DNA of 64,000 nt from a virus: positions 5,621 to 69,620 of the IMG/VR virus record IMGVR_UViG_3300021168_000025; one strand, written 5' to 3'. Each line of letters opens with the position of its first letter. Positions within the stretch are counted from its first letter, which is position 1. Below the pieces are notes generated by a model. It was not told the origin of the DNA, did not search any database, and saw only the letters and a program-made list of their open reading frames with translations. Below are positions 38,472 through 47,377 of this stretch, in pieces. Position numbers and translations under genes: made by a program.

Positions 38472-39364
38472 GTTACTCTCCTCCTAGAGGGGATCGGGTA
38501 GTGACGGGATTGTCACCCACCCACACAAACAGAAAACCCCACCGGGTTGGAACCGGTGGGGTTTGGTTACATCCATGTCACATCCTTCTGGCGACACCCG
38601 TGTCGCCGCGCGTGATCTCGGGCACCATACCCCAGATCGTGTCATAGACCTTGCTGGTGACAAGGTGCCACGGGGCATCGACCATGTCGGTACCCATCCA
38701 GCGGCGTGGCCCGCCGTCCTGGTAACAAGCCCAGAACTTGATCTCGACACCTTCCGGTGTCTGGGTCAGGTCGGCTTGGTAGTGACCCAGTTTGCTCGCG
38801 ATGGTTAGTGTCTTCATCACCGCACCCGTTCCAGTTTGTCGGTGTCCAGGTTCAGCTTGGCGGGTTTCCACCGCGCCTCGCCGACCAACGTCAAAATCAT
38901 GCACTGACGCTCACCGTGTTCGTCCACTTCGTAGAACATCTGGACGTTGTCTCTCGTCGGCCCGACTTCGGCCCAAACACTGACGGGCTTGCTAGCACCG
39001 TCTTCCTTGTAGGTGAGCCGGCAGTATTCTGGGCCATGTTCCAGATACCGTTTCATGTTGTCCTCCAGTGACGGTAACAGATACCGTCACCCTAACAAAA
39101 AACCCTGCCGGTGCGATCCGGCAGGGTTAGTGTCATCGTCCGGCTTTCTCGTTGTCCTGGCCCGCTGCCCAAGCAGCGTAGGCGAGGCTGTTGCGCAGGT
39201 AGCGGCTGGGCTGACCATCGTAGCCGTTCCAATACGCACTGCGGTGCCCTGCGCCTCGGAGAGGCTTACCGTTCCACCAGAACTCGCCGGTCTTGTCCAG
39301 CCCGGTCACCCGGCAGGTTTCGTACATTTCCTGCATCTTGGGGTCTTTGAACCGCCGCTTCATG

Positions 39365-39871
39365 TCACATCTCCATCTTTTTGGAACATTCTGGACCGAT
39401 CCCAGCTTCGACACTGGATGGGACCGTAAGTGTCCTACCGCAGCGGCCACAATTGCCCGAATGCCGGACAATCATGTCGTTCGGGATGTGACCGCGCTCG
39501 ACATGGGTCCAGAAGTACACAAAACCCTTCACGCACGGGGCATCGGCCTTGAACTTGGCCTTTGCCGTCTGCCGGAACAGGCAGCCGTTGAGCCGGGTTT
39601 CGATCAGCCCGATGTACGAATAGTCACTATCGTTATCGGGACCGCTCAGGACACCGACAAACCACCGGCCTGCCGGTGACCCGTCGTCGTTCTTCGCGCG
39701 GTTGATCTTGTACGTGAAGTGCTTGCCGGTGCGCCGTGACTCTAACGTGATCGTCGCGTGACCGGCCATCGTGTATGCGGAAGCCGCCGCCGCATCGGTA
39801 AAACCGTTGACGTTGACCAAGCCCTCGGCCGAATCGTTATCGACGGCGAGCCTGAGATCGTTGCGTGCCAT
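39365..39871 (-). CDS. DUF6011-like zinc-ribbon protein
   Basis: CGRCGRTLTVPSSVEAGIGPEC. Confidence 0.75.
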   Translation of the reverse strand: MARNDLRLAVDNDSAEGLVNVNGFTDAAAASAYTMAGHATITLESRRTGKHFTYKINRAKNDDGSPAGRWFVGVLSGPDNDSDYSYIGLIETRLNGCLFRQTAKAKFKADAPCVKGFVYFWTHVERGHIPNDMIVRHSGNCGRCGRTLTVPSSVEAGIGPECSKKMEM

Positions 39872-39947
39872 TTGATCCTCCTAGATTGAGGGGTTACACA
39901 TATAGAAAAACCCCCGGCACCGCAATGCCGGGGGTTCCTTGGTACCT

Positions 39948-40154
39948 CTAGAGGATAACGAAGTCTGCAAGCTTGTTGTAACGGATGCGGACGTTCTGCC
40001 CCGCCCAGTCACTTTTGGACGTGTACTTACCGTCCCACCGGTTACCGATGTCGGCGATGCGGAAGTCCTTACCCGCATCCCAGTCCTTTTGCACCGCCTC
40101 CGGTGTCTGGTAGTCGCGCCCATAGGCGGGAACCAAATTGACTGCGTAGATCAT
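39948..40154 (-). CDS. Hypothetical protein
   Basis: PAYGRDY...DWDAGKDF; AGGAG RBS. Confidence 0.65.
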   Translation of the reverse strand: MIYAVNLVPAYGRDYQTPEAVQKDWDAGKDFRIADIGNRWDGKYTSKSDWAGQNVRIRYNKLADFVIL

Positions 40155-40511
40155 GAGTATCTCCTACTCGTTCAGGATTGTGAGCCGAAGCTCGGGATGT
40201 GCTTTCGACGCGGACTTGAAGCGCATCAGCTTCCAGTCACCGCTCGGCGTGTTCACCACTTGGTCAACTTCGAACACCACCTCGCCGCCGGTCTTTTCGT
40301 TCCGCACGGTGATGAGCGTGTTGAAATTGTGACCGTGACGCTGTGACAGGTTGGTAAACAACCCGACAAAGGTCTTGGTCCTGGTGTCGTAGGTGAACAG
40401 GCAGGCGGGGATCACTTCGTTATGAAGTGCCTTTCGACCTGACATTGTGTGTCCTCCTAGATCAGACACCAAAGGAAAACCCCCGGCACCTGAATGCCGG
40501 GGGTTTGGTGT

Positions 40512-40919
40512 CTAATCGGCAAAGTCCCACGGCAGCTTGTTGTATGCCGGTAGATTGTGGGGGCTTTGACCCTTTTTGAGTTTGTACTTGACCGCGATCT
40601 GTTTCGCGAGATCGTCCTCGACCTGTTCCAGCAAGTTGAACAGCGCCGTTTCGGGAACAGTACCTTCGCTGCACTGGTAGGTCAGGCAAGACACCGCCTT
40701 GAACCGGGCGAGCACCGGGTCGGCATCATCATGGTTGCGGTGGGCGTAGGTGAACGCCAGCGGTTTGTCACCGTAGCGTTGCCGTAACGCTTCCATGTTG
40801 AGCTTGATCAGTTCCGCACCCAACGCATCGGGCAGCATCGGCGGGTTCTCGTTGTTGAACGCGAGCACCGCGCTGACCGCGCGATCAATCGTACCGTCGT
40901 TGACCATAAACGCACTCAT
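40512..40919 (-). CDS. Hypothetical protein
   Basis: Single-gene cassette; CLTYQCSEG. Confidence 0.7.
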   Translation of the reverse strand: MSAFMVNDGTIDRAVSAVLAFNNENPPMLPDALGAELIKLNMEALRQRYGDKPLAFTYAHRNHDDADPVLARFKAVSCLTYQCSEGTVPETALFNLLEQVEDDLAKQIAVKYKLKKGQSPHNLPAYNKLPWDFAD

Positions 40920-40983
40920 TTGCTCCTCCTAGATGAGAGTTACACTAAAAGAAAACCCCCGGCATCTCTGCCGGGGGTTAGTG

Positions 40984-41217
40984 TCACCTGTCCGCTACAA
41001 AGTTGAAGTAGAAGCGGGGGCTGTGGGTGAATTCGAGGACACCCTTCACACCGTCAACCTTGCGGGTGACGATGACAAACGGGGCCATGAAACCGTGGAC
41101 GGTGAAGTCACGGCGCAGCGCCTCGGTGTCCCACCGCAGTTCAGCCGCTTCGAGATCGCGCTCGGGCTGGTTGTTGGCGAGCATCGCGCGGCGCAGGTTT
41201 TCAGTCTCGTCTGTCAC
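40984..41217 (-). CDS. Hypothetical protein
   Basis: Single-gene cassette; FMAPFV...HSPRFYFNF. Confidence 0.7.
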   Translation of the reverse strand: MTDETENLRRAMLANNQPERDLEAAELRWDTEALRRDFTVHGFMAPFVIVTRKVDGVKGVLEFTHSPRFYFNFVADR

Positions 41218-41290
41218 TAGTTCCTCCTAGAGGTTGGTTACATAAAAGAAAACCCCGCCGGTTTGACCCGGCGGGGTTATGGTGACACTC

Positions 41291-41971
41291 CTAGGCTTTC
41301 TCCTTCTTTGCCTTAGGTGGCGGCACTAACCGCTTCCCGGCCGCGTTGAGGAACCCGGCGGCGTCGAGCGTGGTGACGATATCGTCAAACGCCACCCGCA
41401 CGTACTTGGCGGTGGCCATCGCCAGGACCGCGTCCTTGGCCAAGGCTTCCTGCCCGATGTGCGGTCGCTTGACAATCACCCGCGCACCCCGCAGGAACGA
41501 TGACTCGCTCTTGGAGTAGCGCGGCGGCTCGCGGAACTTTTTCACCCGCTCACCCGTGTTGTCGAGTTCGACATCATCAAACCCAAACTCGATGTCATCC
41601 TCATCATCGATGGGGCTGTCATCGATCAGCACGCGCACGACCGGTGGGGCGGTGACCACCTGTACCGGTGCCGCAGCCGAAGCTGCCTTCTTGGCGCGCG
41701 GGGGTGGTGTCACCTTCACCGGTTCGGTGCTAAAGCCCGACCGGCGGGTCATCTCGGCGTCGTGTTCCTTGCGGACAGCGACCGCTTCCTGGACCGCGTT
41801 GTCCAGCTTGCGGTGAGTGTAGAACCCACGCTTGCTGGGGTCATTGGTACCTTGGTAAAAGCTAGCGATGATCGGATCGTCAACCCGGTAGTTGCCGAGA
41901 TTGTCACGGCTGACTTCCAGGTGGAACTTCTTGACCACCGTTTGCAGTGCCAGGGACATTTGGATTGCCAT
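41291..41971 (-). CDS. Hypothetical protein
   Basis: 226 aa, bounded by junction repeats. Confidence 0.7.
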   Translation of the reverse strand: MAIQMSLALQTVVKKFHLEVSRDNLGNYRVDDPIIASFYQGTNDPSKRGFYTHRKLDNAVQEAVAVRKEHDAEMTRRSGFSTEPVKVTPPPRAKKAASAAAPVQVVTAPPVVRVLIDDSPIDDEDDIEFGFDDVELDNTGERVKKFREPPRYSKSESSFLRGARVIVKRPHIGQEALAKDAVLAMATAKYVRVAFDDIVTTLDAAGFLNAAGKRLVPPPKAKKEKA

Positions 41972-42052
41972 AACGTTGGTTCCCTAGTGGTCGGATACGG
42001 AGTGTACCCATAGAAAAACCCCGGTCACCATTCAAGGTGACCGGGGTTTAGG

Positions 42053-42226
42053 TTACACTTTTCCGGCGTTCCGCGCCGCCTCGTCGCGCTTGCGGGCGAT
42101 GTAACTGTCAATCTCCCGTGTGAGTTGTTGCAGCCGGTCTAACTCCTTGCAGGCGTCCGGCCAGTTTTGCTGCATCACAGTGAGTGTCAGCCGCTCACTG
42201 ATGATTCGCAGATCGTTGAGGTTCAT
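42053..42226 (-). CDS. Small helical protein (not in ORF track)
   Basis: MNLNDLRIISERL...; stop just before a junction hairpin. Confidence 0.55.
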   Translation of the reverse strand: MNLNDLRIISERLTLTVMQQNWPDACKELDRLQQLTREIDSYIARKRDEAARNAGKV

Positions 42227-42228
42227 CG

Positions 42229-42561
42229 TTACTCCTTCTTCTGGTCAGGGGTCTTGCGCGCGGTGACCCGAACAGAGGCTTTCCGCGTGCTGTCCTTGGT
42301 GTGGGCGGCGAACCATTCGTCACCCATCTCGGTCTTGACAAAGTCGGTGTCAAGCGACGTGACGGTGCATTCCGGCACGATGGTGGCGGTGTACAGGTTA
42401 CCGTCGATGTACTTCCGGTCACCGGCCCGCGTCAGGAGTTCCGCGACAAACGCCTTCTTTTTCTTTTCGAAGTCGGCGACGATTGCGGAGATACGACCGA
42501 TCTCGTCAACGAGTTCGGCAGTACCCATCACGGGGGTTTTGGCTTTCGGCTTAGTCTTCAT
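42229..42561 (-). CDS. Hypothetical protein
   Basis: Cassette RBS. Confidence 0.7.
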   Translation of the reverse strand: MKTKPKAKTPVMGTAELVDEIGRISAIVADFEKKKKAFVAELLTRAGDRKYIDGNLYTATIVPECTVTSLDTDFVKTEMGDEWFAAHTKDSTRKASVRVTARKTPDQKKE

Positions 42562-42919
42562 GTGATCCTCCTAGAGGTTACACCATAAGAAAACCCCGGT
42601 CACCGAAGTGACCGGGTTTGTGTTAGGCGAAGCCCCATTCGGCCAAGCCCTCGACCAGCGAGCCGACATAGCGCGGCTCGACAACCAAGGCACCACCGAA
42701 CCACTGCGCTTCCGCATCGACGTGGTCTTCGAGGAAGATGCGGCACTCTTCAGTGATCGGGGTGATCAGGACGATTGAGCCGTGATCGGCAATGGTGAAC
42801 TCAGGCATTGTGACCATTCTCCCTAGTGAGAGGTTCTTTGGAACCCGGTGACCAACCACTGGTCACCGACTTCACACCCATAGAAAAACCCCCGGTCACG
42901 AATGACCGGGGGTTAGGTG

Positions 42920-43174
42920 TTAGCGATGCTCTTCGCTCAGTTCCTCGGCGACCCGAAGCAGGTAAGCGGCGATGTCCTTCGCCTCCTGCTTGGTCACTGT
43001 CGCCGTGCTGATCCGCTTTTGTGTGCCCTTGCGGGTGCGGACCTGGACGGTGATGGTGAACGGGCTGTCGCGGTAGATGCGCAACGCTTGGTCAAACTCA
43101 TCCGACACCGGGTGCTTGGGTGAGATCACCCGGCTGTCGGCGTAGGGTTTCATCAACAGGATTTGGTCAGTCAT
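42920..43174 (-). CDS. Hypothetical protein
   Basis: GGAGG RBS; stop just before a junction hairpin. Confidence 0.6.
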   Translation of the reverse strand: MTDQILLMKPYADSRVISPKHPVSDEFDQALRIYRDSPFTITVQVRTRKGTQKRISTATVTKQEAKDIAAYLLRVAEELSEEHR

Positions 43175-43975
43175 TGTTACCTCCGTACGAAAGCCACACC
43201 ATTGTGGGCTAGGGTGATTGCAGATTGGACCTGAGCCTCGCTCGGCAGCACGACCGGGTAGAACCGGCCGGCCGGCGTGGCGGCGATCAGGTAGGTGAGG
43301 TTTTCATCGGTACCGCCCAGCTTGGCCACCGTCTTGTGGAGCGCCTTCTCGGCGTTCTCGTAAGTGGCGTAGGTGCGCGGCATGTCGTCACTAAATGCCT
43401 TGCGTAACATGGTAGCTCCTCTGTGGCCCCTAGTGGTCACACCATAAGAAAAACCCCGCCGTGTTACCGGCGGGGTTTTGGTCACTTCAGCGCGTTATCC
43501 AGTTTCATACCGTAGATGTGGACGCGGGCTTTTTGTGCCGCCTCGGTCTTGGTGCGCCAGCTACCGTTCTCGAAGCCGGTGTTGATGATGGTGAAAGACC
43601 ATGCCGCCGCGTGGCGATCCCACGGGATCGTCACCTTCTTCACATCGTAAGTGACGCGGCAGAAGCTGTCCCGGTAGTGACCGGCGCTAACCCGTAACAT
43701 GTGCTCCCTCCTTTTCTTCCGGCAGAAATGGCTTCAGGCTATTGGCGATATAGCCGACCGCGATATTGGCCCGCATCACCTGTTTGCGGCCCTCAATCTG
43801 CTGCTCGCGGGTTAGGCCGTCTTCGTCCTCGACGCGGAAAAAATCGGCCCAGGCGAGCGCCTCGGCGTCGATTGCTAGCTCGATCTGTTGTGCGGTGTAC
43901 TCGGTCATCTGAAGTCTCCGAAGTGTGTCACACTTAAACAAAAACCCCCGGTCACGAATGACCAGGGGTTTAGGG

Positions 43976-44152
43976 TTAGTCACGGTAGTGACGTTCGGCC
44001 CAAGCGTCGTTGCGGCGCTCGGTTTCCCGACCGTCATCCTCGGCCATGCCGGTGTCCGTGTCGAACGGCTCGACATCGGTACCGCCGCAATGCGGGCAAG
44101 TATAAGCCGGTGACGGCTTGTTGCACTCGTAGCAGAACAGATCGTTACGCAT
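43976..44152 (-). CDS. Small zinc-ribbon protein (not in ORF track)
   Basis: MRNDLFCYECNKPSPAYTCPHCGG; single-gene cassette. Confidence 0.6.
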   Translation of the reverse strand: MRNDLFCYECNKPSPAYTCPHCGGTDVEPFDTDTGMAEDDGRETERRNDAWAERHYRD

Positions 44153-44428
44153 TTGGTTAGCTCCTATCTGTGACCCTAGTTGTCACACCATAAGAAAAAC
44201 CCCCGGCAAGTGAATGCCGGGGGTTTGTGTTACAGTGGCAGTTCCGGCGCGATGCGGTCGCGCTCGGCGTAGATTTCCGCCGCCGCCTTCAGGCCGGCGC
44301 GCTTCGCTTGGGTGTAGGACGCGAAGAAACCCTTGCGGGTGACAATCTCTTCGTCCTCGTAGATGACGAATTCGTGCTTGCCGTGCAGGCGGTAGTCGCG
44401 ACCGACCACCATCGAGAGTGCCATGGTG

Positions 44429-44644
44429 TTACTCCTTGTTGTGGCGCGCGGCATACGCCGCCATCTGCGCCGCGTAGTTCGCCTCGACGTTGTCGAGGTA
44501 CCGCTTCGCAAACGCGACCGCTTCGTCACGCGTCACAAACGCGTAACCGCGTACCTGTGACTGACGCCCGTCGTCATAAACAACGACCGGCACGTACGGG
44601 TAGCGCGGGTTACGACCGTGTTTGAGGGCTGATGGTTTCGACAT
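44429..44644 (-). CDS. Hypothetical protein, first gene of the cassette array
   Basis: AAAGGA RBS after the leader RNA. Confidence 0.65.
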   Translation of the reverse strand: MSKPSALKHGRNPRYPYVPVVVYDDGRQSQVRGYAFVTRDEAVAFAKRYLDNVEANYAAQMAAYAARHNKE

Positions 44645-44685
44645 GGTAGTTCCTTTAGTGACATCCTAGTGTCACACCCTACAAC

Positions 44686-45165
44686 GCAAAACGCCCCCAA
44701 CCGATATGATCGGCGGGGGCGCTTGTGTATTTCTAGGTTTGGAGATTCCGCAACCCGCGAAGGGAAAGACCGTGCCCATCGTCACGCTTTCGCGTGACTT
44801 ATCATTGACCCCAGGCTCCGGTGCCGCGCGACCCCCGTGCGGGGATGGCGGCTGCCTTGTGTCTCGGCCGAAGCCGGGGGACACGCCGGGACCGCTACCC
44901 GCATGCGATGCGGGATAGGCCTCGGGCTGCCTGGGACAGGCATGGTGCTAGCGCGGCGGGCGATCCAAGGCACGGGAACCCATTTGAGGGAACCGGGCTT
45001 GAATGCCGATGCCGCTTGCGGGGCTGGCGGTCGTCTGCCAGAGCCTTGCTGACCGGGAACTTCTCTGGCCGGGTTGTCCGACCAGCCCCTGACGGGGCAT
45101 CCCTTCGGTGGCTCCCCCGGAGGCTCCCTCCCTGATGTTCCGGGAGGGACCACCCTCCGGGGTCC
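44686..45165 (-). ncRNA. Candidate large structured leader/ncRNA
   Basis: GC-rich, no credible ORF, many stems (including GAAA and TTCG loops); promoter upstream and terminator-like hairpin at the end. Confidence 0.65.
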
Positions 45166-45170
45166 ACCCT

Positions 45171-45210
45171 ATAGATGGGGATTAAAGTTACTTTTTCAAG
45201 GTTTTTCTTT
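45171..45210 (-). promoter_or_regulatory. Sigma70-like promoter for the leader and cassette array
   Basis: A-rich UP element, TTGAAA (45199-45194), 16-17 nt spacer, CATCTAT. Confidence 0.6.
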
Positions 45211-45286
45211 GCGTGACTTTTCAATGGGTTAGGCGGTGTCCACGCTTAAAGTTCTTCTTTGACTCAGTCACCTTTTATTGGGTGAC

Positions 45287-45369
45287 TGTTTGCTCAGATC
45301 ATATGTTTCTCTCGCCCATCGTGGCTCGTTCCGGGGCTTTGTTTCAGGTTCTCCAATTAAGACTCACTC
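45287..45369 (-). repeat. Degenerate orphan TIGR-type block (2 units)
   Basis: TGTTTGCTC 45287 / GTTTCTCTC 45305 / GGCTCGTTC 45323 / GTTTCAGGT 45341 / GACTCACTC 45361. Confidence 0.55.
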
Positions 45370-45373
45370 TCTT

Positions 45374-46972
45374 CTAATGTTTCTTTCCCGGTTTAAGGTT
45401 TAGAGTCTTTTGTGGGTTGTCTACCAAGGCTTTCCACAAGTCACCGCCGGTCGCGTGGAACCCTAGTATTAGCTCATCAACCGAGTCTTTGACAACAAGG
45501 TCGTAGATAAAGCAGCGGTGTTGCTGCCCGGTGCGGTGGATACGCCCTTCGGCCTCGGCGCGTGGTACGACGCCGACCGGTGACTCGTAGAATAGCTCGT
45601 AGGAGCCGACTTGCAGGTTCAGCCCCATCGATGCCTTGCGCCAGTTCGCCACCAGGAACCGGTACTTCGGGTCGGTGTTGAATGACTCCTTGATCAGTGT
45701 CCAATCCTTGGTACCGCCCCATAGCCAACCGTGCTTGATCTTTTCCTTGGTGAGCGCGTCACTGATCTTCTGGCCGGACACGTTGAACTCATAGAATATG
45801 ACACATTTGCGATCTTCGGGAATCTCCTTCACCAGTTCCATCAGTAACTCAAGCTTGGGGTTGACGGCGAACTCCACCTGGGCGCGCTCGCCGCTTTCGT
45901 CATCGATAAACCCGACAAACCCGGAACTGATCTGCCGCATGCGGAGGAACGCGTTACGACATTCGCGGAACTTACCCTTACTGGCGAATAGTTCGTCGCG
46001 CGCCTTGATGAAATAGTTCCAGTTCTCGACCGGGAAGTCACAAGCCTTGATCACCTTTACCTTGGGTGGTAACTCGACGCACTCCTCGACCGAGTACCGC
46101 AGTGACGATGAGGCGATGAACCGGGATAGGGTCGGTTGCAGCTTCTTGCGCAAGGTGTACTCGGTGCCGCCCCACTTCGGGAAGAACTTCGAATAGAACG
46201 CCTCGCGGAACATACCCATCTGGGTACCCAACGCCCGACCGTGATCGGCGAGGTACAGTTGTGCCCAGATCATCGCCGGGTCGCGGCCAAAGGCGCGGCC
46301 GGCTAGACCGTAGCGCACCTTGGCGTGGAGCGAGAAGTGTTTACAGACCTTATAGTTCAGCGAGCCGGTGTCACCGACACTGGTTGACTGGTCAAAGAAC
46401 ACCGCATCGACATGCATGCCGACCTTGTCGAGTAACTCGGTTAGCGGCTGCCGTCGTTTGTGTCCGGTGTCGTGGCCGTTGCGATCCCGCCGGGTGACCA
46501 TCTTGGATACCATCGCCGCGATCCCGGCGTAGGTACCGATAATCAAACCGTCACCGGTAAGTGTGGCCAATGTAAGCCATTTTTGCGCACTCGACCCCTT
46601 ACGCAGTGACACATACGGGAACGGGAACCCCCACTTGACGATCTCGTCTTCCCACGACTCGACCAGTTCGTCGGTCGGACAGAACACGATGCCGCGCCGG
46701 ATGGTACCGATGCGCAGGAAATAGTTGAAGAGTTCCAGTGACACGACGGTCTTGCCCAGACCGAGATCGGTCATAAACAGTATCTCGGGGTAGGCCGCGC
46801 CCAGGAGGAAGCAAATCTTCTGGTCGGTGCGCAGCGGCGCGGTAAACTTTGGGCGCGGCTTGACCAGCTTGAGGTCGGCGGTGACCGCTTCCGCGCTCAG
46901 TGACTTAATCCAGGAGAGTTCCTCGACTTCACGGCTGAGGTATTCGGTTACGGCTTTGGGGGAGATCGGCAT
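45374..46972 (-). CDS. SNF2-like SF2 helicase
   Basis: DLGLGKT, LRMRQISSGF, PKLELL, GLNLQ, AEGRIHRTGQ; Walker B reads DQST. Confidence 0.85.
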   Translation of the reverse strand: MPISPKAVTEYLSREVEELSWIKSLSAEAVTADLKLVKPRPKFTAPLRTDQKICFLLGAAYPEILFMTDLGLGKTVVSLELFNYFLRIGTIRRGIVFCPTDELVESWEDEIVKWGFPFPYVSLRKGSSAQKWLTLATLTGDGLIIGTYAGIAAMVSKMVTRRDRNGHDTGHKRRQPLTELLDKVGMHVDAVFFDQSTSVGDTGSLNYKVCKHFSLHAKVRYGLAGRAFGRDPAMIWAQLYLADHGRALGTQMGMFREAFYSKFFPKWGGTEYTLRKKLQPTLSRFIASSSLRYSVEECVELPPKVKVIKACDFPVENWNYFIKARDELFASKGKFRECRNAFLRMRQISSGFVGFIDDESGERAQVEFAVNPKLELLMELVKEIPEDRKCVIFYEFNVSGQKISDALTKEKIKHGWLWGGTKDWTLIKESFNTDPKYRFLVANWRKASMGLNLQVGSYELFYESPVGVVPRAEAEGRIHRTGQQHRCFIYDLVVKDSVDELILGFHATGGDLWKALVDNPQKTLNLKPGKKH

Positions 46973-47178
46973 CACTCCTCCTTGGCGGCGAACAGTGTAG
47001 CTTCGGGACCGCATGCGCCCAGCGTCCGCATGGTTTCGACGGTGTGCACAATGGTCCGCGTGGTACCATACAGGTAGTCGTTTACCTCGATGTACGATTT
47101 GGGATGCAGACAGCGCGGCGTGGGGAAACCGCTCTCGTTGATGGGTCCGACATGGATACAGTCACGACACGCTTTCAT
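46972..47178 (-). CDS. Small Cys-rich protein
   Basis: CRDC...CLHP...CGPEA. Confidence 0.55.
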   Translation of the reverse strand: MKACRDCIHVGPINESGFPTPRCLHPKSYIEVNDYLYGTTRTIVHTVETMRTLGACGPEATLFAAKEE

Positions 47179-47377
47179 TTGGTGTCCCTCACAAACAGTG
47201 GTCCGGGGTAGTCCAGGATCATGGGTATGTCAATCGTCTCCGATTCTGGCTCCATGCCAACGTCACAGGGGTTTGAGGTACACAGTTCCCGGACGTGGGC
47301 GCGCGCCTCTTCTGCGGTGTCACCGTGAACGGTGATCCAGTGTACTGTGGTAGTCACCACTTTGGCCTTGTATCGTT

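Larger units (their letters stand above)
33913..44722 (-). repeat. Dispersed intergenic cassette-junction repeat (hairpin + T-tract + GTGTNAC + CTAGGAGGA-type RBS), about 19 copies
   Basis: Copies near 33913, 34375, 35396, 35830, 36980, 37396, 38475, 39058, 39872, 40450, 40920, 41218, 41975, 42562, 42870, 43411, 43920, 44153, 44645. Confidence 0.92.

Noticed and set aside
42116-42124. Self-target match to spacer CCGTGTGAG
   Set aside because: Only 9 nt match and the flanks do not match the partner spacer; expected by chance. A full self-target search was not possible by eye
33913-44722. Integron with attC sites
   Set aside because: No tyrosine integrase in the window; junctions look like GC hairpin plus T tract and lack consistent RYYYAAC...GTTRRRY ends
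44672-45224. Several 70-123 aa ORFs
   Set aside because: No RBS and low-complexity Pro/Arg/Gly translations; better explained as structured RNA
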